The notes under the pieces are model-generated. The model was not told where the DNA came from. It searched no databases and was given only the letters and a program-made list of their open reading frames with translations. 64,000 nt of DNA from Anaeramoeba ignava BMAN (lineage: Eukaryota; Protista; Anaeramoebae), in contig JAPDFW010000070.1 of NCBI GenBank assembly GCA_028826165.1, positions 1,364,001-1,428,000 on the forward strand. Direction: 5' to 3'. Positions 27,087-40,623 of the stretch are shown piece after piece (position 1 is the stretch's first letter; each line of letters opens with the position of its first letter). A program made the translations under genes and the position numbers.

Positions 27087-30000
27087 ATGAGCACAATAAA
27101 TCAAGGAAAAGATAATTTATTAAATCAATTATTTCAAGAATTGAAGAAAAAAAACGAAGAAATCAAAAGAAAAGCTGCAGAAAACCTGAAGCTATATGTA
27201 AAAGATCGTTCAATGGAATTAAGTGGAGAAGCATTTACAGTTTTTATGAATGATCTAAACAGGAGAATTTTTGAATTTGTTAATTCAACTGACATAAATG
27301 AAAAATTGGGGGGAGTGATCGCTATTGATGAACTTATTGATGTTCGTGGAGAAGATAACGCTTTAAAAATGACACGTTTTTCAAATTATTTGCGACATGT
27401 TCTTGCCACTAATGATCCTGCTATTATGAAAACCGCTGCAAAAACGCTCAGTCATTTAGCTAAAGTTGGTGGTGCTTTAACAGCAGATTTTGTTGAATCG
27501 GAACTTAAAAAAGCTCCTTGAATGGCTTCAGGATGAGAAAATTGAATCCAGAAAACAAACTGCTTTATTGATTTTAACTGAATTAACTAGATCTGCTCCT
27601 ACTATTTTTTATACTCATATTCATACATTTTTGATGTTATTTGGAACGCTTTGAAACATAATAAGGTTAATATTCGTGAAGCTGCTGTTGTTACTTTGCG
27701 TGCTGGTTTGAAATTAATTAATTCTAGAGAGAAAAAATTAAGAGATCAATGGTATTTTAAAATTTATTCTGAAGCTCAAAAAGTATTTTTTTTATACAAT
27801 TTTCCAAATGAAATTTAAAATGAAATTTAAAATGAAATTTAAAAATGAAATTTAAAATGAAATTTAAAATGAAATTTATTTTAAATATTTATATTTATAT
27901 TTATATTTATATTTTAAATATTTATATTTATATTTGTATTTATATTTATATTTATATTTATATTTATATTTATATTTTAAATATTTATATTTATATTTAT
28001 ATTTATATTTTAAATATTTATATTTGTATTTTAAATATTTATATTTATATTTATATTTTAAATATTTATATTTATATTAAAATATTAGTATATCAAACAA
28101 AATAATTCAGATTCAATACATGGCGCACTTCTTGTTTTTGGGGAACTTTTAAGTATAACAGATTCTTTTATTGAATCTTATTTTGGTGAAGTTTGCGATT
28201 TAATATTTTCATTTAGAGATCATAAAGATAAAACAGTTAGAAAAGCTGTAATATATTTAATTCCATTACTTGCAAAATTTTTTCCATCAGATTTTGTTAA
28301 TAGATATCTAGATATATCAATAAAACATACATTAAATTCTTTAAAGAAAGATTATATTGATAAAACAACTATTTTTCAAGCAATTGGAGATTTGTCATTA
28401 GTAATTTAAAATTAATTTAAAATTAATTTAAAATTCATTTAAAATTTAAAATTTAAAATTTAAATTGAAAAAATTTTTTCTTTTTTTTAGGCTGTTAATC
28501 AACAAATTATGCCTTATATTAAAGATATTATGCAAAAAATTAGAGATTCTTTAGTTGTTACGAAGAAAAAAAATTATTGCCCAGAAGCTATGATTTGTGT
28601 TGCTCAACTTTCATCATCATTAAAAACACAACTTGTTGAAGAAATTAAAAAAAATAATATACTTGGTTAATTTTTTAAAAAATTATCTTTTTATCAAAAC
28701 AAATCAAAATTTATTCAGTTCATTTTCTAAATTGAAAAAAAAAACAAATTAATAGATTCAATGTTTAATTCAGGATTAAGTGAAATTTTAATCAGATCTT
28801 TATCACAAATATCAAGAAATATACCTGATTTAAAGCTTGAAATTCAAGAAAGAGTTTTGAATACTCTTTCAATAATTTTATCAAGAAAACCTTATTTTAC
28901 ACCCAAATCTGTTATTGAATCTACAGTAAATACAAATACTCGATTAAATGATTCATTAACTATTGCTATTGATTCAAGCACTCCACAAGTTATTCTTGCT
29001 TTACAAACATTAAGGACATTTGATTTTGGAACAAATGATTTATTGGAATTTGTTCGTGATAAAGTTCTTGTTTATTTGGAAAGTGAAACTGGAGAAATTC
29101 GAACAGAAGCAACAACAACATGTATCAAGATTTTAGTATGCAGTGTTAGTGAGAAAAAAGAGATTGGATCATTTCGTGAAAAACAAGTTGAAAATATTTT
29201 GCATAAGGTTTTAATGCTTGGGATTATTGATCCAGGTTAAATTTCAATTCAATATAAAATTAAATATAATATAATATAATATAAATTAAAATATAAAATA
29301 AAATATAATATAAATTAAATATAAAATTAATTATAAAATTATTTATAAATTTAATATAATATAATATTATTTATAAATTAAATATAAAATAAATTTAATT
29401 ATAATATTAAAGATAACAGAAACAGATACGCAGTCTTCGACTCATTAGACCAAACTCTCGATCCATATCTTTCCAAAACATCTAACTTAGCTACATTATT
29501 TGTAGCACTCAATGACGAAATGTTTGAAATACGAGAATTAGCAATAACAATAATAGGAAGATTATCAGAAAGAAATCCATCAGACGTTATGCCAACATTA
29601 AGGAAAACATTAATTCAGTTACTCTCTGAACTCGAATACACACAAGATCTGCGACTAAAAGAAGAAAGCGCACGTTCATTAGTTCATTTTATACGGTCGA
29701 CTAAGCAATTAAACAAAGCATATTGCAAATCAATATTGCGAGATTTATTACCAAAATTAACAAGCTTAGCAAAAAGCAAGACACATTCAGGAATTTTTAT
29801 GCAGGTTCTTGCTGCGATTGGCGAACTTGGGATGATCGGAAGAGAACATATTGCACCTTATGTGGATCAGCTTGTGGCGCTGATTCTGGAAACTCTTCAA
29901 GAACAAAGCGATCCTGTTCATAGGAAAATTGCATTATACACTTTGGGACAACTTATTGAAAGTACTGGATGGGTTATAGACCCTTATGTCAAGTTCCCTA

Positions 30001-33000
30001 GACTCATGAATACCCTCTTAATCCTTCTTCGCACAGGAAGAGACGAGCAAATCAAGAAAGATGTGCTCAGAATTATGGGAATGCTCGGCGCATTGGATCC
30101 ATACAGACAGAAAATGGTTGTCAGTCACATTTCGGATGTAAATGAAAACGTTGCTGCTAATGCCGGAAGAAGTGGCGGGGGTGTAGCTGTAAATGGCACA
30201 GGAAAAAGAACAAAATCGCGCGGAGGAGCTGCCAAAGTCACAGGAAAAAGAACAGAAGACGAAATAAGTGGACGAGTTGGGGGCAAAGGTGGTAAAGATG
30301 GAGCTAAGAAAAACGAGAAAGCGGCGAGAGGGAATCGCGAGAAAACAAGCGGAACAACGGATCCGATTCTGCCTGGAATATGTCTGTCATTTGACAAATA
30401 TTACGCGTCGGTTGCGATTGATGCGCTAATGAAGATACTTGCTGATCCGACATTGGCAACACATCACACAATGGTTGTGCAGGCATTGATGTTTATATGC
30501 AAATCACTGGGGACTCGAATTGTGCCGTTTTTGGGACAGATTATGCCATCATTTCTAAGTGCGGCTAAGAAAAGCGAGCCACGACTTAGGGAGTTTTTAT
30601 TCCAGCAACTTCCTGGAATTGTGACAATTGTGAGACACAATATCCGCGAATACACTGATGAGATTCTAACGTTAATCCGGGAGTTTTGGGGAGATGATGT
30701 GCTTCCCTACAGTGTGCAACTACTTGAGCAACTTTCCGAATTAAGCGCTGCCAAATTCAAAGTGCATCTTCCAAGCCTTCTTCCGTTGATGTTCAACAGC
30801 ATGCTTGGAGAAAACAACGACGAAAGAAAAGTGACCCAAATTGTGCTTCGTGCGCTAGAGCAATTTGGGCGAAATCTAGACGACGCAGCACATCTTGTTG
30901 TGCCTGTTTTAATCAAACTTTTCGAGCAAGTAAACTCGCCCATCGGCGTGAGAATTGCAGCCATTAAAACACTTGGCGGACTGGCAATCCGTGTTGGACT
31001 TGGGGATTATTCCTCTCGGATCATGCACTCATTAACACGCGTTCTCTGCGTCAATCACGGAGAGCTTAGAACAGCAGTGATGGAGACGTTCTGCAGTATT
31101 GCAATCCAGCTGCAGAGAGAGTACATTATCTATGTCCCAATGGTCGGCGCTGTTCTCGCTGCTAACAGAATACACTACCATCCCTATGACACCATTGTTA
31201 TCAAGCTTCTCAAGAACGAGCCTCTCCCAAGTGTTTCTCTATCGCAAACTTCCGACAGCTCTCTGCAGAACACCTCGGAAAAATCTCGGACAGGAAGGTT
31301 CGGAGAGTCGATCACAAACGACAATGCAGATGACAGTATGGTGCTTCTTTCTTCCGAACTCTCTCTTGATATGGAAATTTCACAGTTAAATTCTGACAGT
31401 GGTGATCCTTTAGCAATTTCGGGGGGACCTAATTCGGAAAAAAAAGGAATATCCCTTTCCGGCAAAGACGGTGAAGAATCACGAAAACCACCGAAAAAAC
31501 TGTATGTGAATCAAGCAGTTCTGAAGAAAGCCTGGGACGCAACTGCCCGATCTACGCGGGAAGATTGGGAGGAATGGATCCGCAAGTTTGCTGTTGAGCT
31601 TCTTTATCAGTCACCGTCTCCTGTCTTGCGGTCGTGTTCTGGACTTGCCCAGATTTATCATCCACTTTCAAGAAGACTCTTCTACGCTGGGTTTTTGAGC
31701 TGCTGGAACGAGCTTTACGATCAGTATCAAGACGAGCTTGTGCACAGTTTAGAAACAGCGTTTATTGCAGATAGTATTCCACCAGATATTCTGCAATTAC
31801 TTCTGAATCTGACAAAATTCATGGAGCATGTTGACAAAACGCTTCCAATCAACATTGGAACTCTGAGCGAACTTGCTATTAAATGTCATGCGTATCCGCT
31901 TGCATTGCGATATAAAGAGCTTGAGTTTCAAACAAATCCATCAGGAACAATTGAGGCGTTTAATCTCTATTAATAATCAATTACAACACAGCGAAGCCGC
32001 GGTTGGAGTTCTGCGGTTTGCGCAACAAAATCACGCAATTGAATTGAAGGAGTCGTGGTATGAGGAACTCAAATCGGTGGGAAGATGCGCTTGCAGCATA
32101 TGATGCGCCGCGAGTACCAGACATAGGTGAGCGAGCGCTTCAAAGAACACTGGGAAAAATCAGGTGTCTTCATGCACTCGGCGACTGGGAGCCTCTTTCG
32201 GATCTTGTCCGCGGGATGTGGGACACAACGGATCCCGAAACACGCAACAGTATTGCAAGCATTGCCGCACTTTCTGCATGGAACACAGCAGATTGGGCCA
32301 CAATGGATCTCTATGTCTCTGCAATTCCACAGTCTTCTATAGAAGGCGCCTTTCTCCGCGCCGTTGTTTGTGTTCATCAAGACGATTTTCTCCGCGCTTC
32401 TGCGCTTATTGATGCCACACGCAGAAGTGTTATCGATACCTTCGGCGCACTTGTTAGTGAATCTTATGGAAGAGCATATAACGAGGTTGTTCTTCTTCAA
32501 CAACTTTCCGAACTCGAGGAAGTCATCGAATACAAGCATGCCCAACGCGATTCTGATCTCCTTAAAATGCAACTTATTCGCGAAAAATGGAGGAAAAGGC
32601 TTCTTGGTTGCGAAAATAATATCTCTGTTTGGCAGCGCATTATGGCTGTCCATTCCTTAGTCGTTCCCCCAGAACAAAATCTTGCTGCTTGGATCAAATT
32701 TGCCTCAATTTGCAGAAATGGTGGCAATTTAAGACTTTCTGAAAAGGTTATCACTTCTTTTTTGCGTCATGCAAGAGATTTATATGGCAAAAATTTAACA
32801 GACAATTCGCATGATTTTGATGAGAATCTGAACAAGAAATTAAATGATCTCAAATTAATGAATAATTTTAATGAAAATAATAATAATTTTAATGAAAATA
32901 AGATTGAATTTGATGAAAATAATATGGAAATTAATAAACTGGAAAATATCCCTTCAAAAATAGAAAAGATCCCCAAACCGCGAAGAAAGCAATCCATCAA

Positions 33001-35743
33001 ACTTTTAGACATCCATGAATCAAATCTTGTGATTGTGCATCCTCACATCGCAATGGCATATTTTGAGCACTTATGGGATGAAGGGAAGCAAATACAAGCG
33101 GTTGAAAAACTAAAAAATTACACTTTAAAACTCCCACACATTTTTGCGGAATATGCAGAACCAATCCGCACATACACATACTGTCTACACAGCACTTCAA
33201 AGAACAACGAAAAAATCGCTCAAAACATACAACAAGAACAGACCATTTTCTCGTTGACAAATTCTCGGTCAATAAGCTCGCCTCTTCTTCATTTAGACAC
33301 GACAGATAGACCAAAGGATATGGTGTCGCGATTGCACGCCAAATTCTACCTCAAACTTGGTGAGTGGCAAAGCGCTCTTTGTGAGGGAGAAATAAATCCA
33401 ACTGATAAAGTTGTTGAACAAATTCTCCAAGCGTTCCAAAAATCAACCCAATGCGATCCACAATGGTATCGTGCTTGGCATTCTTATGCACTCGTGAATT
33501 TCGAGATCTTATCCGCTCTTGAAGGAGTTGATCCACTCACAGACGCACAGATCCAAAAATATCTGATCCCTTCAATAAAAGGATTTTTCCAGTCAATTCT
33601 TCACAGTAAATTCGGACAAAGCATTCGAGACACACTCCGTCTTCTCACTCTTCTTTTCAAGCACGGAAAAACCCCTCAATCAACCCAAGCATTCATCGAG
33701 GGATTCAGTACAGTTTCTATAGATACTTGGCTCCAAGTTATCCCCCAAATTATTGCTCGTATTCACACCCCTTCTCAACCTGTGCGAGAGTTAATCAACC
33801 ATCTGCTCTCTGAGATCAGCAAGGAACATCCCCAGGCACTTGTCTATCCTCTCACAGTCGCCTCAAAATCTCGATCTGCAAGACGCACATCATTCCACCA
33901 AGAACTCCAAAAAGAATCCCCTCAAAAAAAGAAAATACCCCTTAAAAATGTCAATGTCAATGCCAATGTCAATGTCAATACCAAGTTGAAATTCAACGCA
34001 AACCAAAACGAAAACATCACAAGCAAAACAGATGTCAGTCGAGAAATTCTCGAGAACATGAAATCCTTGAGACCGAATCTCGTTGAACAAGCGGAAATGG
34101 TTTCACAGGAATTGATCCGAGTAGCGATCTTGTGGAACGAGATGTGGCACGAAAGTCTTGAAATTGCGTCAAAATACTACTACAAAGAAGGCAATGTCGA
34201 AGCGATGATAGCAGCACTTCAACCGATGCACGAGAAGTTGGAGAAGGGACCCGAAACAGCACGGGAGATATCATTTGCGCAGGCATATGGAGCAGAACTT
34301 GAACTAGCAAAAGCGTGGACTGAAAGATATCAGAAAACGGGTCATTTAGGGGATCTTTCACAAGCATGGAATTTATATTCGTATGTTTTCACACACATTT
34401 CCAAAGAGATTACACAGTTGTCAACGGTTGAGCTCCAGTATGCATCACCACGTCTCCAGAAATCGAAGAATCTTGAGCTCGCAGTGCCAGGAACATACCG
34501 CGCAGGAGAACCAGTTGTGCATATAAGATCATTTGCACCAGCATTACTTGTGATACCGTCGAAGCAGCGTCCGCGCAAGGCGAAGATCTACGGCAGTACA
34601 GGCGCAGCGTACCGGTTTCTACTGAAAGGTCACGAAGATCCGCGACAAGACGAACGTGTGATGCAACTTTTCGGACTTGTCAACAACTTGCTCTCCAACA
34701 CTCCCAGCACATCCAAAATGCATCTCCGAATCCAGCGCTATGCCGTTGTGCCATTATCACCAAACTCCGGACTCATTGGCTGGGTGCCGCATTGCGACAC
34801 ATTGAACAAATTAATCCGCGAATATCGTGAAGCAAACAAAATTCTCCTCGACATCGAGCGACGGTTGATGGATCAAATGGCGCCGGATTACGACAAACTC
34901 AACCTAATCCAAAAGGTCGAGGTTTTCAAGCACTCCCTCGATAACACCACAGGCCAAGACATCGACAGGGTACTCTGGCTCAAAAGTGAGAATTCTGAAA
35001 TATGGTTGGACCGGCGAACCACTTATACAAGATCACTAGCTGTCATGTCAATGGTCGGTTATATTCTCGGACTTGGTGACAGGCATCCTTCCAATCTCAT
35101 GATGGATCGTTTCACAGGCAAGATTCTCCACATCGACTTCGGAGACTGTTTCGAGGTTGCAATGCTGCGCAAACAGTTTCCCGAAAAGGTTCCCTTCCGT
35201 TTGACAAGAATGCTTATCAACGCAATGGAGGTTTCCGGTATTGAAGGCAATTTCCGCTCAACTTGCGAGCTTGTCATGTCCGTTCTTCGCGACAACAAAG
35301 ACTCCCTTATGGCTATTCTCGAGGCTTTTGTCTACGACCCGCTTGTCAACTGGCACATTATGCGTCAAAGTAAAAATCTTTCTGGTCCGCAATTTTCTCA
35401 ACAGGAAAAAATTCCAGATTCTGATGCTCTTTTCCCTTCAAATCTTCGTAAACAAGAACCCCAAAATCAACCTCAAGACCCAAAGAAAAAAAAACCGTAT
35501 CTGATCCAAAATGTCCAAAATATCCCTAAAAATTCTAATTCTATTTCTGATTCTGATCCTGAAGAAATTCTTAATTCTCAAGTTCTTGGTGTTATTAAGC
35601 GAATATCAAATAAATTGACAGGTAAAGATTTTGAACCAGATAAAACGTTGAATGTTCCTCAACAGGTTGATAGGCTTATTCTCCAGGCTACTTCTCATGA
35701 AAATTTATGTCAAGCTTATTCTGGTTGGTGTCCTTTTTGGTGA
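27087..35743 (+). CDS. TOR: Target of rapamycin kinase (HEAT-FAT-FRB-PIKK-FATC); 5 exons
   Basis: Introns 27783-28088, 28401-28490, 28666-28755 and 29236-29412. [21 protein letters not shown]; kinase [30 protein letters not shown]; [16 protein letters not shown]. Apparent 1-nt frameshifts near 27516, 27632, 31960 and 32071. Confidence 0.97.
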
Positions 35744-35882
35744 TTTTTTTTTTATCTTCTTTTCCTTTTTCTTTTTCTTTAATAAAAACTTATTCAAAAA
35801 AAGAAATTTTTCATTTTTTTTCTTCTTCAAAAAAAAAAGCAAAAAAAAAAAAAAAATTTTCAAATATTGAAATTATTTTGAA

Positions 35883-38800
35883 ATGTTAACTTCTCTTATT
35901 CCTAAAATTAAAGTTCAACCTAAACAATATTTACCTTCTTTATTTCAATCTGTAATTCGTTTTCATGGGAATCATTCACATGATGGAGATGATGATGCTT
36001 ATGAAAAATATCAAAAAAGGCTTGATCGGTATAAAATAATAAATATTATTTTTTTTAATTTTAAACAAAAATATTGAACAAATTAATTTATAATTATAAA
36101 TTTAAATTTAAATCAATTTTAAATTTAAATCAAATCAATTTATAAATTCAAAACTAAATCAATTAATAAATTTAAAATCAAATCAATTTATAAATTCAAA
36201 TTCAAATCAAATTATAAATTCAAATTTAAATCAATTTATAAATCAAATCAATTTATAAATTTAAATTCAAATCAATTTATAAATTCAAAATTAAATCAAT
36301 TTATAAATTTAAATTTAAATCAATTTATAAATTTAAATTCAAATCAATTTATAAATTCAAATTAAAATCCATTTTTAAATTCAAATTAAAATCAATTTAT
36401 AAATTTAAATTAAAATCAATTTATAAATTCAAATTTAAATCAATTTATAAATTTAAATTTAAATCAAATTATAAATTCAAATCAAAATCAATTTATAAAT
36501 TTAAATCAAATCAATTTATAAATTCAAATTCAAATCCATTTATAAATTCAAATTTAAATCAATTTATAAATTTAAATTTAAATCAATTTATAAATTTAAA
36601 TTCAAATCAATTTATAAATTCAAATTAAAATCCATTTTTAAATTCAAATTAAAATCAATTTATAAATTTAAATTTAAATCAATTTTTAAATTCAAATTCA
36701 AATCAATTTATAAATTTAAATCAATTTATAAATCAAATCAATTTATAAATTTAAATTTAAATCAATTTATAAATTTAAATTTAAATCAATTTATAAATTC
36801 AAATCAATTTATAAATTCAAATTTAAATCAATTTATAAATTTAAATTTAAATCAATTTATAAATCAAATCAATTTATAAATTCAAATTTAAATCAATTTA
36901 TAAATTCAAATTTAAATCAATTTATAAATTCAAATTTAAATCAATTTATAAATTTAAATCAAAATCAATTTATAAATTTAAATTCAAATCCATTTTTAAA
37001 TTCAAATTAAAATCAATTTATAAATTTAAATTCAAATCAATTTATAAATTCAAAATCAAATCAATTTATAAATTTAAATCAATTTATAAATTTAAAATTA
37101 AATCAATTTATAAATTCAAATTCAAATCAATTTATAAATTCAAATTCAAATCAATTTATAAATTCAAATCAATTTATAAATTTAAATTCAAATCAATTAA
37201 TAAATTCAAATTAAAATAAATTTATAAATTTAAATTCAAATCAATTTATAAATTCAAAATCAAATCAATTTATAAATTCAAATTTAAATCCATTTATAAA
37301 TTCAAAATCAAATCAATTTATAAATTCAAATCAAAATCAATTTATAAATTCAAATTAAAATCAATTTATAAATCAAATCAATTTTTAAATTCAAATTTAA
37401 ATCAATTTATAAATTCAAAATTAAATCAATTTATAAATTTAAATTCAAATCAATTTATAAATTTAAATTCAAATCAATTTATAAATTTAAATTCAAACCA
37501 ATTTTTAAATTTAAATTAAATCAATTTATAAATTCAAAATTAAATCAATTTATAAATTCAAATCAATTTATAAATTCAAATTAAAATCCATTTATAAATT
37601 CAAATTTAAATCAATTTATAAATTCAAATTTAAATCAATTTATAAATTTAAATCAATTTATAAATTCAAAATCAAATCAATTTATAAATTTAAATTTAAA
37701 TCAATTTATAAATTCAAATCAATTTATAAATTTAAATTCAAATCAATTTATAAATTTAAATCAAAATCAATTTATAAATCAAAATCAATTTATAAATTTA
37801 AAATTCAAATCAATTTAAATATCAATTTATAAATCTAAATTCAAATCAATTTATAAATTTAAATTCAAATCAATTTATAAATTTAAATCAATTTATAAAT
37901 TCAAAATTAAATCAATTTATAAATCTAAATTTAAATCAATTTATAAATTTAAATTAAAAATTAAATCAATTTATAAATTCAAATCAATTTATAAATTCAA
38001 ATTAAAATCAATTTATAAATTTAAATTCAAATCAATTTATAAATTCAAATCAATTTATAAATTTAAATCAATTTATAAATTTAAATTCAAATCAATTTAT
38101 AAATTTAAATCAATTTATAAATTTAAATTCAAATCAATTTATAAATTTAAATCCAAAATCAATAGAACTTTAACTGGAGCACCAGCATCAGAAACACTTA
38201 TGAAAATTCTCAAAATAATTGCAACACCAAAAGAAGCCAGATTAGCATCACGACTTCCATCTATGCCAACACCAATAAGCAAACTATCAAAAGAATTAAA
38301 GATCCCAATTAAAGAATTAGATGAACAAATAAGTGTTTTAGCAGATAAAGGATTAGTTATTGACATGCAAATAAACAACGAAAAATATTTCTCACTTGTT
38401 CCAATAGTTATTGGTTTTTTTGAGTTTTTGATGATGAGAGCAAATAATCCTTATGATCTTCCTATTGTTGAAATTACTCAACTTTTTGACAGATATATTT
38501 TCGAAAATGATAAGTTTGCTAATTCTGTTTTTCCTGCTGGTGAAACTCAAATTGGTAGAACTTTGGTTCATGAAGAAACTCTTCCTCAAATGAATGATGC
38601 AAAAATTTATGATTATGAAAGAGCTACTGAAATTATTAAATCCGCTAAAAAAATTACTGTTTCTCTTTGTTGGTATATATTTTCTTTATATTTCATATTT
38701 TATCCCTTTCTGAATTCATTCCAAATTTCATTTCATTTTTTTTTAGTTGTCGAATGAAATCTCAACGTTTGAATCATCCTTGCAAAAAAGATGCACCATT

Positions 38801-40623
38801 AGAAACATGTAAATATTATTTTTAATCAATAAAGTCAAATCAAATCAAAATAAATCAAAATCAATTCAAATTAAATTAAATTAAATCAAATTAAATTAAA
38901 TCAAATCAAAATTAAATCAAATCAAATCAAATCAAATTAAATTAAATTAAATCAAATCAAAATTAAATTAAATCAAATCAAATCAAATTAAATCAAATTA
39001 AAATTAAATCAAATCAAATTAAATTAAATCAAATCAAAATAAATTCAAACCAAATCAAATTAAATCAAAATCAATTTAAATTAAATCAAATCAAAATCAA
39101 ATCAAATTAAATTAAATTAAATTAAATTAAATTAAATCAAATAAAATTAAATTAAATTAAATTAAATATCAAATCAAATTAAATAAAATTATTTAATTAA
39201 ATAAATTTATTGTTAGGTTTAACTTTTGATAGAGCTGCTGGTTTGTTTTTTTAATTCAATCTAGAATAACAATTTTTTTTTGATTCAATTTAATTTCATT
39301 TCCACTTTTTGAAAATAGATTATATATTAAGGCATAATTTTGGAAAAGAGATTACTAATCAAAGAGGACTTGAAATTCTTAAACAAGCTAAAGAATATGG
39401 ATTAGTCCAAATTGTATATTAAATTTATTAATGAATTAATTTAATTTATATTATTCACTTATTTATTAATATTTTATTTTTCCAAAAAAAATTAGGGAGT
39501 AATTGGTTTAATTTTTTCTTTCTTTTCTTTATTAAATTCATTTGGTTGATTTTTTTTTAAATTAATAAAAATAATAGGATAATGTTAAGTATGAACCAAC
39601 TTATATGTGCAATTGTAAATTTTCCATTTTTTACTTTTAAAATTAAATATCAAATTCAAAATCAAATCAATTCCAAATCAATTCCAAATATAAATTTAAA
39701 AATCAATCCAAATATCAATTTAAAAATCAATTTAAATATCAATCCAAATATCAATCCAAATATAAATTCAAAAATCAATTCAAAAATCAATTTAAATATA
39801 AATTTAAAAATCAATTTAAATATCAATTCAAATATCAATTTAAATATCAATTCAAATATCAATTTAAATATCAATTCAAATATCAATTTAAATATCAATT
39901 TAAATATCAATTTAAATATCAATTCAAATATCAATTTAAATATCAATTTAAATATCAATTTAAATATCAATTTAAATATCAATTTAAATATAAATTTATA
40001 TATCAATTTAAATATAAATTTAAATATAAATTTAAATATCAATTTAAATATCAATTCAAATATCAATTTATATATCAATTCAAATATCAATTCAAAATGA
40101 ATTAAAAGGTTGTGGATGTTGTTGTGGAATGCTTCAAGGTTTAAAAACATTTAATCTTCCACATGCAGTAGTCACATCTAATTATATTATGCAAGTTGAT
40201 ACAGAAAAATGTATTGGATGTGGAAAATGTGCAAAAGAATGTCCGATTGATGCAATTGAAATTAAAAAAGATTCAAATGGAAAGAAAAAAGCAATTCGAA
40301 GTGATATTTGTTTAGGATGTGGAGTATGTGTTAGTAAATGTAAATTTGGAGCTTTATCAATGAAACCACGTAAAGAAAGAGTTTATACTCCTGAAACAGT
40401 GTTTGAAAGATATATTGCAATGGCTTTAGAAAGAGGAAAACTTGCTAATCTTCTTTTTGAATATCCTGAAAAGTTTTCACATCGTGCTTTGGGTAGAATT
40501 TTTTCAATGATGGAAAAATTACCTCCTTTAACTATTATTAAAAATAATAAAAAATTAAAATCAAGATTTATTGCTAAAATGGCTGAAAATGCGAAGAAAA
40601 AAGCGATTAAAACCAAAAAATAA
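35883..40623 (+). CDS. Cys-rich 4Fe-4S dicluster protein of anaerobic-prokaryote type with a predicted mitochondrion-related-organelle presequence; copy 1 (intact, 8 exons, 462 aa)
   Basis: Exons 35883-36028, 38166-38672, 38747-38808, 39217-39240, 39319-39413, 39496-39498, 39578-39614 and 40109-40623 total 1389 nt in frame. Motifs [51 protein letters not shown]. Confidence 0.88.
36080..38160 (+). repeat. ~2.1-kb G-free minisatellite (core AAATCAATTTATAAATT, 17-23-bp units) filling intron 1 of Fe-S copy 1
   Basis: Seen directly; intron 36029-38165 has GT..AG ends. Confidence 0.92.

Noticed and set aside
29670-29684. GCACGTTCATT(AGTT) in TOR matches the variable middle of tRNA-like element 1 (from 50982)
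   Set aside because: An 11-nt exact match plus a gapped extension is roughly what chance gives in a 64-kb two-strand search; not evidence of targeting.
27500-32080. Programmed frameshifting or a TOR pseudogene
   Set aside because: The 1-nt indels lie at short homopolymers and occur in many genes of the window, typical of long-read consensus error; all catalytic motifs are intact.
29413-35400. GC-rich block as a horizontally acquired island or contaminant
   Set aside because: It is the continuous C-terminal part of a eukaryotic TOR whose AT-rich exons splice in frame, and GC changes gradually.
29723-35504. Many short alternative-frame and antisense ORFs within TOR
   Set aside because: By-products of locally high GC, with no recognisable motifs.
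27087-35743. Inteins in TOR or other genes
   Set aside because: The insertions are short and low-complexity, with no C/S...HN-[CST] termini or homing-endonuclease motifs.
38755-38757. TGA near Cys motifs as selenocysteine
   Set aside because: After splicing (intron 38673-38746) the TGA is out of frame (CGA ATG AAA).
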